Below are positions 40,835-49,534 of a stretch of DNA of 64,000 bases, piece after piece (the stretch's first letter is position 1; the number at the start of each line of letters is the position of its first letter). The position numbers and the translations under genes were made by a program. The stretch covers positions 1,664,001-1,728,000 of the forward strand of contig CAXXLZ010000002.1 of assembly GCA_963675595.2 (NCBI GenBank). Reading direction: 5' to 3'. This DNA comes from Thermodesulfobacteriota bacterium. GTDB taxonomy: Bacteria; Desulfobacterota; Desulfarculia; JACQYL01. The notes under the pieces are model-generated. The model was not told the origin of the DNA. It saw nothing but the letters and a program-made list of their open reading frames with translations, and searched no databases.

Positions 40835-41634
40835 AGCAGATCCTCCCTCTTTGGAAGTTGTTTTTTTAATTCCTCGCGAAACATGCTCACTGCGGTTCTC
40901 ACTCGATATATAGTACACTCAAACCGTTCAGCGGTCTCGCTATAAGTACATTCATCGAAATATATGCTTCTTACAATATCAGCATAATTTCTTGGCATAA
41001 TTTCTAGGACTTTTTCAATACATTTCCGTACGATAGAATCGCGGATATTTCTCTCTATATCATCGTAAATATTATGTTCTTCCGGCAAACCATATCTGTC
41101 ATAAGATGTAGTCTTAAGCTGACCAAGTAAATTATCAATATATGAGTCAATTTCAGATAGTTTATTAAAAAGCTTAGAAAGCGCCTTTTGAAGTTTGGTC
41201 GATATGATTTTATCTTTAGCAATATTTGAAGTCATGTATTTAGTTGTAAGCTTACTGAGTCTCGTTATCCTTTTTTTCAGCTTTGATCTCCTTTTGAATA
41301 TTCTATCTAGTTCAGGCAAATGAACTTCCTTTTTTAGCATATCCACTCTGGAGCTTCTCAAGTGCATGAATATGAATCTTGCGATCGGAGTATCACCTAT
41401 GTATGATATGTAAGTTATTACCCTTATAAATGTCTCCTGGATTATGTCTTTTCTTAAATTTTCGAAGTAAACGTGTCTTGTCCCATCAGGATTATGGGAC
41501 TTCCTGTCATACATTCCATACTTATTTCTGAGGATATAATCGCATTTCCTGTAATAAGTGCTGTAAAGCTCCCCGAAAGCTAACTCATTCCCGGAATTCA
41601 ACGTTTCTACGAAATCCCTTTTGTTGTCAATCAT
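40831..41634 (-). CDS. ECF-type sigma-70 factor with long basic linker
   Basis: GNELAFGELY...DIIQETFIR (region 2); LEIMP...IVRSIYFDECTYSETAERFECTIYRVR (region 4). Confidence 0.75.
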   Translation of the reverse strand: MIDNKRDFVETLNSGNELAFGELYSTYYRKCDYILRNKYGMYDRKSHNPDGTRHVYFENLRKDIIQETFIRVITYISYIGDTPIARFIFMHLRSSRVDMLKKEVHLPELDRIFKRRSKLKKRITRLSKLTTKYMTSNIAKDKIISTKLQKALSKLFNKLSEIDSYIDNLLGQLKTTSYDRYGLPEEHNIYDDIERNIRDSIVRKCIEKVLEIMPRNYADIVRSIYFDECTYSETAERFECTIYRVRTAVSMFREELKKQLPKREDLL

Positions 41635-41824
41635 GGCGTCGCCTTCGCTTTCATGATTCTGCTCCACGAAATGACACTCAGATTTTTGAGCACGGAGATT
41701 GTTTCTCTCAGATAGAGAAGGGGAAGACCACGTTGCGGGCATTCCCGGTGAAGACCTCGAATGGCCCTCTGCGGTTAGTTATAGCTCGCATCTTTGATTC
41801 GCTGCAATTGGCAAAGGAGACCAC

Positions 41825-42136
41825 ATGGCAAATTTCAGCATTTTCGGCAAAGGCGATCAGGCAGGTCATGTGCAGACCACTCTGAAATCACAGGAACTAC
41901 CTGATGGAACAATCATCTACTTTATCGAGGAATATGTCAAGTTTATTAGCCCTGATGGCGTTTTGCACGAGCAGACGACGATTCAGTTCATCTGCAGTTC
42001 CTGCGGCTCAGGACCTGTGATCGTCGGTCAGACCGGTGCTCTGGTGGACGGCAGACCCGTCTGCGCGAAGTGTTCAGGTTTAGTGAGCGGGACGCTCCGA
42101 CAGGTCAGGTCGTTCTTCCTGAAGCCGGCTGAATAG
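41825..42136 (+). CDS. Small zinc-finger-like protein
   Basis: RBS AAGGAG; CSSC...CAKC. Confidence 0.65.
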   Translation: MANFSIFGKGDQAGHVQTTLKSQELPDGTIIYFIEEYVKFISPDGVLHEQTTIQFICSSCGSGPVIVGQTGALVDGRPVCAKCSGLVSGTLRQVRSFFLKPAE

Positions 42137-42147
42137 GGTTGTTTCTT

Positions 42148-42186
42148 AGGGTCCGGCATAGCAAAAGTCTCCGATTGCCGGGCCCT
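42148..42186 (+). other. Inverted repeat / stem-loop
   Basis: AGGGTCCGGCA-N17-TGCCGGGCCCT between the first two genes of the module. Confidence 0.45.
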
Positions 42187-42242
42187 GGAGTAAATGCAGC
42201 GGCTTGCGGTTACCTAAACCATCCCTGGTTGGAGGAAAGAAC

Positions 42243-42464
42243 ATGAGATTCAGAGTGCTGGATAACAAGCCTGAGGAAGACTTCGACCCTCTTGAGGAAT
42301 TGACCGAGGCTGAACTCGTGAAGCTTCTGAGCGATGCGGAGAAGCCTTTTGAAGAACACTGGCCCGACGGAACCATTGTCAGGGAAATCCAAGACGACAT
42401 CGAATACCCGGATTCCTTCGTCAATGAGATCAGAGAGGAGATCAAGAAGAAAGCGAGGAAATGA
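42243..42464 (+). CDS. Small acidic hypothetical protein
   Basis: RBS GGAGG plus ATG 42243. Confidence 0.6.
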   Translation: MRFRVLDNKPEEDFDPLEELTEAELVKLLSDAEKPFEEHWPDGTIVREIQDDIEYPDSFVNEIREEIKKKARK

Positions 42465-42479
42465 TTTGATTGAAAGGCA

Positions 42480-44600
42480 ATGCTTCACTTGGAGGTGGGC
42501 GTGGGCTCTGATGAAATCAAACAGGTGCTAGAACTGCTGGACACCGATCTGAAGAATGACCCGTTCTTCGCGAGTCATGTCAGGACTGCAAGGGTCACCA
42601 ATAACTGGGATCATGTTCTGGAATATGTCCGAAAGAACGATCGTTTGATCGGTCAGGTAAGGAACGAGAAAGCGGTTCAGCACCGGTTCAAGGGCCTTTG
42701 CCCCTTCTATCCCTTCCCGGAATCCCAGGATCTTTTGGAGTTCGGCGGAGACCTCAAGTTCGGGGTGGTCAACAACAGCGGCGACTTTTTCTCGATCAAC
42801 CCGGATGACCTTGCCATGCATCTCATGCTGCTCGGAAGAACCGGCGCTGGAAAAAGCTGGTTCATTCTTCATGCCATCGAGCAGCTCTGCAGCATGACCG
42901 GTTTCAATATTGTGCTTCCGGACAGAAAGCAATACTACAGGCGAGCTGTTTCTAAAATCTCCAGACTCAAAGTCCTGCCTTTCGAAAGACTCCTCTTCAA
43001 TCCTCTTCAGGTCCCGGATTGGATGCATCCGAGAGATTTCTGTTTTGTTTGGGCCAAGGCGTTCGTCGCGGACAATCTCCTGGGGCCGCCGACTGAAGGT
43101 CTTCTAAGGCAGGTCATCATGCGGCTTTTTACCGAAAACGGCGTTCTATCTGGAAGCAAGTATTACCCCACGATGAGTGAGCTCTACAAACACCTGGAAA
43201 AGATTCGGAGTTCTCCGAGGAATCCGTTGACCTTCAGGTACCGGGAGTTCTTGGAGTCTGCCTGCAATCGGCTGGAGCCGTATACCTATTTCTTCCAGTT
43301 CAATGAACGGCTCGGAGTCGGCCATGAAATCTTCGAGAACGACCACGTGGTGCTCGAACTTCCTGCGCATAAGCTGTCGAGCCAAATGCACAATTTCATC
43401 ATCAGCCTGATCGTGAACACGCTGTTCGCAAAACGCCAGCAATTCCAGCTCAGGGGAAATCAGCTTCGAACTCTCTTCATCGTGGACGAGGCGTCAAGCT
43501 ATATGAGCGCCAACCGGGAGCATACGGACCTTCAATGGATCGAGCCGGGTGTGAACGACATCGCGCGCATGGGAAGGGAATTCGGAATCGGTCTATGGAT
43601 GTGCAGTCAGGAATCGAAGAGCTTCAATTACGTCTTCAGGGCGAACTGTTTCACCAAAGTCGCGTTTCCGCTCACTGAAGGCCAGGATGTGAAGGATATC
43701 CAGGACAGTTTCGGGCTTTCGAACGAACAAAGGGATTATTTGTACGAACTGCCGAGCAACAGAGTCGCTGTCGTGCGGTACGCAAGATACCCAAAACCCT
43801 TCATCCTGGAGGTGCCTCTTCTGTCAGGCTACGACGACATTCCGGGTGACCGTGATCTTGAAGATGCGATGTCGGATTGGCTTTCCGATGTTGTGCCGAA
43901 AATCAGTCTGGTGCCTGATGTGAGTACTAAGGAAGACACAACAGGTCAGACCGAGGCACCGGGACCAGAGGACCGTGAATGGTCGATCTTTTCATCGGGT
44001 CAGGCTTTGCCCAAGAAAGAGTTGAACGCTCTCCTGATCATCAAAGCGCTTCAGAAAAAGCCCTTCCTGAAGAAGAAGGAACTCTTCGATGAAATCGGCA
44101 TCGGAACAGAAGACGCTGAATCCGCGAGAAGCCGTTTAATCGAACTCGGATACATCGAATCGCACAAAATCGGTCTGAAACCCGGTGCACCGGGTGAGTA
44201 CTCGGAATTGAAATCTCCGGCGTTCGAGAAATTCGGCGGAAGTCCTCCTCCGGGAAGAGGCGGGTTCAGGCATAAGTGCCTCTGCAACTTTGCCCAGGAG
44301 TGTCTTGAAGCTGAAGGATTCAAGACCAGGCTTGAAGGCTCCTTGAAAGGCATGCATGGGGCATTCGATATTCTGGCGGTGAAGGGCAAGGAGAAGATGG
44401 GTTACGAGATCACACTATCGTTCGATAATTTACTCGACAATGTCAGGGACGGCCTTGCATCCGAAGCAACGAAATTGGTGGTGGTCTGCCAAAACAGAGA
44501 GGAATTGGAGCGGGCGAAGGAAATCGTTTCCAAGGAGTATGGTGAAGAAGGTCGATTGGAGTTCAGAACCATCTTCGATTTCTCGAGGAAATCCAAATAA
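42480..44600 (+). CDS. HerA/FtsK/VirB4-superfamily ATPase with C-terminal wHTH and PD-(D/E)xK-like domain
   Basis: GRTGAGKS, FNPL, FIVDEA, RMGREFGIG..SQ; C-terminal AFDILAVK...GYEITLS. Confidence 0.75.
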   Translation: MLHLEVGVGSDEIKQVLELLDTDLKNDPFFASHVRTARVTNNWDHVLEYVRKNDRLIGQVRNEKAVQHRFKGLCPFYPFPESQDLLEFGGDLKFGVVNNSGDFFSINPDDLAMHLMLLGRTGAGKSWFILHAIEQLCSMTGFNIVLPDRKQYYRRAVSKISRLKVLPFERLLFNPLQVPDWMHPRDFCFVWAKAFVADNLLGPPTEGLLRQVIMRLFTENGVLSGSKYYPTMSELYKHLEKIRSSPRNPLTFRYREFLESACNRLEPYTYFFQFNERLGVGHEIFENDHVVLELPAHKLSSQMHNFIISLIVNTLFAKRQQFQLRGNQLRTLFIVDEASSYMSANREHTDLQWIEPGVNDIARMGREFGIGLWMCSQESKSFNYVFRANCFTKVAFPLTEGQDVKDIQDSFGLSNEQRDYLYELPSNRVAVVRYARYPKPFILEVPLLSGYDDIPGDRDLEDAMSDWLSDVVPKISLVPDVSTKEDTTGQTEAPGPEDREWSIFSSGQALPKKELNALLIIKALQKKPFLKKKELFDEIGIGTEDAESARSRLIELGYIESHKIGLKPGAPGEYSELKSPAFEKFGGSPPPGRGGFRHKCLCNFAQECLEAEGFKTRLEGSLKGMHGAFDILAVKGKEKMGYEITLSFDNLLDNVRDGLASEATKLVVVCQNREELERAKEIVSKEYGEEGRLEFRTIFDFSRKSK

Positions 44601-44711
44601 GGAGTGATCGATTCCGACACACTTCAATGTTCGAGCAGATATTTCTTTTCAGGAGGAGGCGAAGCTGACGAAGTCGCCTGACGCAAAAACTTCTGAATGA
44701 AGGAGCAAGGT

Positions 44712-44927
44712 ATGGGACGTGAGTTTGATCCATCGGACGTTATCGAGATTTCGAATGACTTCATCGAAGAGGAGCTTGACCTCACTCTCGATGACTTAAT
44801 CGACGAGCAAATCCATTTACTCGAAGAGAAAGAGAAGGCTTCAGAGAAGATGAGGGAGATCATTCGTGAGATTGAGGAGCTACCCCAGGATCATTACTGG
44901 GACGATGTCACGAATCGGAAATCATAA
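44712..44927 (+). CDS. Small acidic hypothetical protein
   Basis: RBS AAGGAG plus ATG. Confidence 0.55.
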   Translation: MGREFDPSDVIEISNDFIEEELDLTLDDLIDEQIHLLEEKEKASEKMREIIREIEELPQDHYWDDVTNRKS

Positions 44928-44942
44928 TGAAAGGAGGGGGAA

Positions 44943-45185
44943 ATGCAGGTTAATTGGAGACACGTGCTTTTCGTTTTCCTTCTTCTCCTTCTTGCGTTCT
45001 ATCTCCCAGACCTTCTTCGAACAGTGGCTGAAGTAGTTCGGGAGTTTTCGGATGCGCTGAGTGCTTCGTGGCATGCAGGGTACAGAGGCCGATCTCATAG
45101 TGGCAGTGAAATTGAATCCATAGCCAAACTTGCAGTTATCGGAATCATCATCATAGGTATCATACGATTACTGAAACAGAAATAG
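44943..45185 (+). CDS. Small 2-TM membrane protein
   Basis: RBS AAGGAGG; two hydrophobic segments. Confidence 0.7.
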   Translation: MQVNWRHVLFVFLLLLLAFYLPDLLRTVAEVVREFSDALSASWHAGYRGRSHSGSEIESIAKLAVIGIIIIGIIRLLKQK

Positions 45186-45202
45186 CGATAATAGGAGTCG
45201 TC

Positions 45203-46747
45203 ATGAAAAATAATAAGACATCCCGGCAGTTAAAATTGTTGGAAGTGTGTTCTGGCTTCTACATTTTCTCTTTAATTTGCGTTGTTGGAGAGTGTTGCAC
45301 AGGTATGATCAGTCAATATTCTGACCATTTTTGGAGATGCACCGTAACTTTGTGTCAAGCCCCCAGTTTTTGGTCCAGGAGTTATGAGAGTTTTATCATG
45401 ACTCGCGGTTTTCCATCCCCGGCCCTTGGGGCCACGGCGAAGCCGAGCTGAGCGAGGCGGAGTCGAGGCCCCAAGGGCTCGCCGCGAACTGGGCCGGGGT
45501 CATGTAATTCAATGCACTGTGCGGTCTTTCCTCGTTATAGACTTTCCGCCATTTGGCGGCCAGAGTCTGCGCTTCCTTGATGTTGTTGAAAATTTCCATG
45601 TTCAAGAATTCATCCCGAAAACGGCTGTTGAAACTTTCCACGTACCCGTTCTGCCAAGGGGCTCCCGGCTCGACGAAAAAGGTTCCCACTCCCAGGTCTT
45701 TCAGCCAATTTCTCACCTTTTGGGCTATAAATTCGGGACCGTTATCCGATCGAATGCCCGTTGGAACTCCCCGCTCGCCCATCAATCGGCTCAGCTCGTT
45801 CAAAACGTCTTCACCCGTAATGGAGCGGTTGATCCTCAGGGCCAGGTTTTCCCGAGTAAACTCGTCGACAATGGCCAAGCACTTGAACTGACGGCCGTCG
45901 ACCAAGCGGTCATGAATGAAATCCAACGTCCAGACATCATTTGCAAAAGCCGCCTTACGCTTGTTGCACGCATTGGCATCAACTCCCAGGAAGCGTTTCT
46001 TCTTGGCTTTTCGAGGTACCTTGAATCCTTCCTCTTTCCAAAGTCTATGAATTCGCTTGTAGTTTACCGCCCACCCCGCATCACGCAGCAGCCGAGTGAT
46101 CCTACGGCATCCAAAACGGGGATGTTCTCCAACCAACCGGTGAAGAGCCTTGATCAGTTCCACCTCATCGTCCCGTTCCTTCGGCTCATAACGTTGGGTG
46201 GATCGGTGTTGACCGGCTACGCGGCAGGCCCGACGCTCTGAAGCGGCATGTTCACTTCGAACATAATCAACCGCTTTCCTACGACGCGCCGGGCTTAGAA
46301 GTTTCCCTCCGCAAGATCCTTCAGCATTGCCTTGTCCAACATCAGATCGGCGACCAGCTTTTTTAAGCGTGCATTTTCCTTTTCCAGTTCTTTTAGCCGT
46401 TTGGCCTCCTCAGCCTTCATCCCCCCATACTGGTTTCGCCACCGGTGGTACGTCGCCTCGCTCACCTCCAGCGATTGGCAAACCTGCGCTATCGTCTGCC
46501 CTGCCGTCAGACGACGGTCCGCGTCTTCAAGTTTCCGGATGATTTGCTCCGCGCTGTGTCTCTTTCTCTTGGCCATGCAAAAAGTCTCCTTCCGTTCTTT
46601 GGGCATTCAGACTCTCATTATACATGGACCAATTATCGGGGGGCATTCCATTTGGTCATGTGCGTCTTCGTATTCGTCGGATCATTGTACATCTTATCGA
46701 AGTATATCCAGATTGTTCGAAGAGAAGAAGAGCAGTCGAAATCCTGA
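45203..46747 (+). pseudogene. Small 2-TM membrane protein (80 aa) split by an IS3-family element
   Basis: ...RCTVTL joins VMCVFVFVGSLYIL...QSKS-stop in frame after removing 45353-46650 plus one TTTG. Confidence 0.75.
45353..46650 (-). mobile_element. IS3-family (IS407-group-like) insertion sequence, 1298 bp; orfA 46295-46576, orfB ending 45396
   Basis: TG...CA ends with imperfect IR, 4-bp duplication TTTG, orfA ending EGNF with GGGAAAC slip site, DDE core WTLDF...SDNGPEF...NGYVESFN. Confidence 0.93.
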
Positions 46748-46764
46748 AGGGCATTGCTTGACTT

Positions 46765-47151
46765 ATGACCGAGAGTCCTCTAATCCAAACCCCTGAGGAA
46801 GTCGCCAGGTTTCTGAAAAAAAGCCGGAGTTGGGTCTACCGGCATTGGAAGGAACTTGGCGGTCGGAAGCTTGGGGGTTCTCTTCTTTTTCCGTCAAAGG
46901 AGGACCTCTATGAGCGTATTTTTCGTTCAAAACAAAGGCTGGAGGTACAATTTCTACCTCAACAAAAACCGCTACGCAAAAGGATTCTACGCGACGAAGA
47001 ACGAAGCGAGGATAGCGGAATCGAAAAGAAAGGAGGCGATACAAAAGGGACTGCCGGATCCCGAAGAAGAACGAAGGATCGAGATCCGGGAGGAACCGAC
47101 AGTGGCGGCGGAGACGACCCCAACAGGCATGGCCTTCTTGGACCTCGTTAA
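46765..47151 (+). CDS. Excisionase-like HTH protein overlapping the integrase
   Basis: TPEEVARFLKKSRSWVY...LGG.K.GG...F. Confidence 0.7.
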   Translation: MTESPLIQTPEEVARFLKKSRSWVYRHWKELGGRKLGGSLLFPSKEDLYERIFRSKQRLEVQFLPQQKPLRKRILRDEERSEDSGIEKKGGDTKGTAGSRRRTKDRDPGGTDSGGGDDPNRHGLLGPR

Positions 47152-48070
47152 CCTGAGGCTGGATCATGTGCGGGCTTATAACTCACAGAAGCATTACCTG
47201 GACACGTACTACATCTGCCGGAGGTGGATCAAAGTCTGGGGCAAGCTGATGTGCGAAGATATCAACCGTGACTTGGTACAATCCTATGTTTTTGTTCGTG
47301 CAAAGAAGTCGAACCAGACAGCGAACAAAGACCTCCGGTATCTCAGAGCTCTCTTCAACCACGGCATCAAGAAAGACTGGATCCCGGAAAACCCAACCAA
47401 GGGGATCGATTTCCTTCCAGTCGAAAGAAAGCTCCGGTACGTGCCGCCCAAAGAAGATGTTCTTAAGGTCATCCTGGCTGCGGGGCCTGAGGAACAGGAT
47501 TACCTGTACTGCATCAAAGAAACCATGGGAAGAGTGGGAGAGATCAACCGACTCACCTGGGAGGATGTGGATTTCACGAATCGCTGCGTAGCGCTTTACA
47601 CCAGGAAGAAGAGGGGCGGGAATCTCACTCCCCGGCGGGTTCCGATGACCAACAAGCTCTTCGAAGTGCTTTCCAGGAGATATGCGGCAAGGGACAAGTC
47701 ACAACCCTGGGTTTTCTGGCATACCTGTTGGAGCAGTAAGACCGGTGAGAAGATCGTAGGACCTTACGCAGACCGGAAACGAATGATGCGCACTCTTTGC
47801 AGAAAAGCCGGAGTGAAATACTTCAGGTTTCATGCTCTGAGACATTTCGGAGCATCGGTCCTGGACGGTGCGAATGTGAACATTGGAAGCATCCAGCGTA
47901 TCTTGGGGCATGAACGAAGGACTACAACCGAGATCTACCTGCACAGCATCGGGACCGCGGAAAGGGCCGCGATGGAGGTCTTCGAAGCTGAGACAAACGG
48001 TGAGATTCAAAAAGTGACACACCAAGTGACACACCTGGAGGAGAAGCCCAATAAAAAGAGGGCTAAGTAG
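46910..48070 (+). CDS. int: Tyrosine recombinase/integrase
   Basis: RBS AAGGAGG plus ATG 46910; GRVGEI..L.W.D, HALRH, LGH....TT.IY. Confidence 0.93.
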   Translation: MSVFFVQNKGWRYNFYLNKNRYAKGFYATKNEARIAESKRKEAIQKGLPDPEEERRIEIREEPTVAAETTPTGMAFLDLVNLRLDHVRAYNSQKHYLDTYYICRRWIKVWGKLMCEDINRDLVQSYVFVRAKKSNQTANKDLRYLRALFNHGIKKDWIPENPTKGIDFLPVERKLRYVPPKEDVLKVILAAGPEEQDYLYCIKETMGRVGEINRLTWEDVDFTNRCVALYTRKKRGGNLTPRRVPMTNKLFEVLSRRYAARDKSQPWVFWHTCWSSKTGEKIVGPYADRKRMMRTLCRKAGVKYFRFHALRHFGASVLDGANVNIGSIQRILGHERRTTTEIYLHSIGTAERAAMEVFEAETNGEIQKVTHQVTHLEEKPNKKRAK

Positions 48071-48088
48071 CCCTCTAACTGTTTGATA
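48012..48088. promoter_or_regulatory. att-arm elements: tandem 12-bp repeat, hairpin and IHF-consensus site
   Basis: AAGTGACACACC x2 (48012-48035); GAGGGCTA-AG-TAGCCCTC; minus-strand TATCAA ACAG TTA (48076-48088) matches WATCAANNNNTTR. Confidence 0.6.
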
Positions 48089-48092
48089 TCAT

Positions 48093-48168
48093 TGGCGCGC
48101 CCGGCATGATTCGAACATGCGACCTACGGATTCGTAGTCCGGCGCTCTATCCACTGAGCTACGGGCGC
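48093..48168 (-). tRNA. tRNA-Arg(ACG)
   Basis: GCGCCCGTAGCTCAGTGGATAGAGCGCCGGACTACGAATCCGTAGGTCGCATGTTCGAATCATGCCGGGCGCGCCA, 76 nt cloverleaf with encoded CCA. Confidence 0.97.
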
Positions 48169-48177
48169 TTGGGTGTC

Positions 48178-48206
48178 CTTATAATGAATCCGGGATTCCG
48201 AATCAA
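48178..48206 (-). promoter_or_regulatory. Putative sigma70 promoter of the tRNA
   Basis: TTGATT-N17-TATAAG. Confidence 0.5.
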
Positions 48207-48330
48207 GCAGAACTTTGACGCCGGGGCAACTTTCGCCCGGCGGTTCAATCAAGGCGCGAAACGCCGACCGGGGGAGAGGCGGGGGCACGGGCCGTTCTCC
48301 CTGCCCCGCATGCCAACCTTTTGTGAGTAG

Positions 48331-48478
48331 TCAGGGGGGTATCCGAAGGAACCCTTTTTGAAAGAAGGGCTCTCCCGGGCTCCTTCCCATACTTTGGGTA
48401 TTTTAACAGGTTGGACGGCACATGCCGCTCGCTTTGCCAATCCCGTACGCGATTCGTAAAAGCGCAACGGGGGTCCGG
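48331..48478 (+). repeat. Intergenic repeat, copy A
   Basis: GGGGTATCCGA.GGAACCCTTTTT...TTGGACGG.ACAT.C.GCTCG...AACGGGGGTCCG, also at 51107-51226. Confidence 0.7.
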
Positions 48479-48554
48479 GGGGCCATGGGTCCCCCGGCGG
48501 GGGTTGCGGGGGACGACTTTCCCGAAAGCCCTTCCCACAAACGCCGGCCCTCTT

Positions 48555-49337
48555 TCACATCCACATGGCGATGGCCGCCATGATGCCAAGGCCCATGGCC
48601 AGCAGCCAGAATTTGGACCAACGCCGATCCGGGGAGGCGAACTCCTCCACGATGATGTCCAAGGAAGCAATGTAGACAAAGGTCCCTGCGGCCAACCCGT
48701 CGAAGACGCCTTCAAACATCCTTTCCCCGCTCCCCGTGAGCAACGCTTCGAACGCCACGCCCAAGAGCACGCCCAACGGAGTCATCATGCTGAAGAATAT
48801 GATGCCCCGAAAAGCGGCCTTGTGGCTCAGACCGTTTCGCACCAGGCTCACCGCGAGGGCGAAAGCCGCGGACCCTTTGTGGGCCACGATGGCCAGGAAG
48901 ATCACCAGGGACCCGGTAATGGTGTCGTCGGATCCCAAGGCCGCTCCGGCCAGCACGGAATGGATGGACAAAGCCGTGGTCAATGCCAGAACGGACACGG
49001 AACTCTTGTGAGCCGAGGCGGAGATCTCGTCTTCGAGACTCGCCGACGCCAGGAGCACCCTTTCCAGAAAAAGAATCATGATACACCCCGACGCGGCCAG
49101 CATGGCCGCCAGGGGATAGTCCAGGTGCGGCAGTGTTTCCGCAAAGGCCGCCGTGGAATCCGGAAGCAGGTGAATCAATCCGGCGCCCAGGAAGACGCCG
49201 CCCGCGAGAGCGCTTCCCAAAGAAAAGAACAGCCCCGCCTTGGCGGTCTTTTCCAGACGGAGTGCGGCCGAACCGCCGCAGAGCCCCACCAGGAAGATGC
49301 CCACCATGAAGGCCAGCTTGATTTCAACATTGCTCAC
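48555..49337 (-). CDS. ZIP-family metal transporter
   Basis: AGGVFLGAGLIHLLP, LSIHS, AIVAHK, AGTFVYIA. Confidence 0.88.
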   Translation of the reverse strand: MSNVEIKLAFMVGIFLVGLCGGSAALRLEKTAKAGLFFSLGSALAGGVFLGAGLIHLLPDSTAAFAETLPHLDYPLAAMLAASGCIMILFLERVLLASASLEDEISASAHKSSVSVLALTTALSIHSVLAGAALGSDDTITGSLVIFLAIVAHKGSAAFALAVSLVRNGLSHKAAFRGIIFFSMMTPLGVLLGVAFEALLTGSGERMFEGVFDGLAAGTFVYIASLDIIVEEFASPDRRWSKFWLLAMGLGIMAAIAMWM

Positions 49338-49534
49338 AAACGCCCCCCTTTTGCTCCCAAGGTCCATTCCCGATGCATGGAACCATGGTATCATATTTCA
49401 GGGTTCGATCCGACGGAATCGGCTTCCCGGCGTCCGGATCCTTCCATCTTCAACGCCTTCGCCTCGGCCGGGCTTGACACGTCCGGAACAACCGCCTATT
49501 GAACAAGAGCTTTCCCTCAACCCACGGTGATTCT

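Larger units (their letters stand above)
1..48092. mobile_element. Genomic (defence) island integrated at the 3' end of tRNA-Arg(ACG); extends beyond the left edge of the window
   Basis: Tyrosine integrase and xis-like gene abut the tRNA 3' end; cargo is R-M, WYL, helicase and IS genes with patchy AT content; housekeeping genes resume right of the tRNA; no second att copy seen in the window. Confidence 0.85.
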
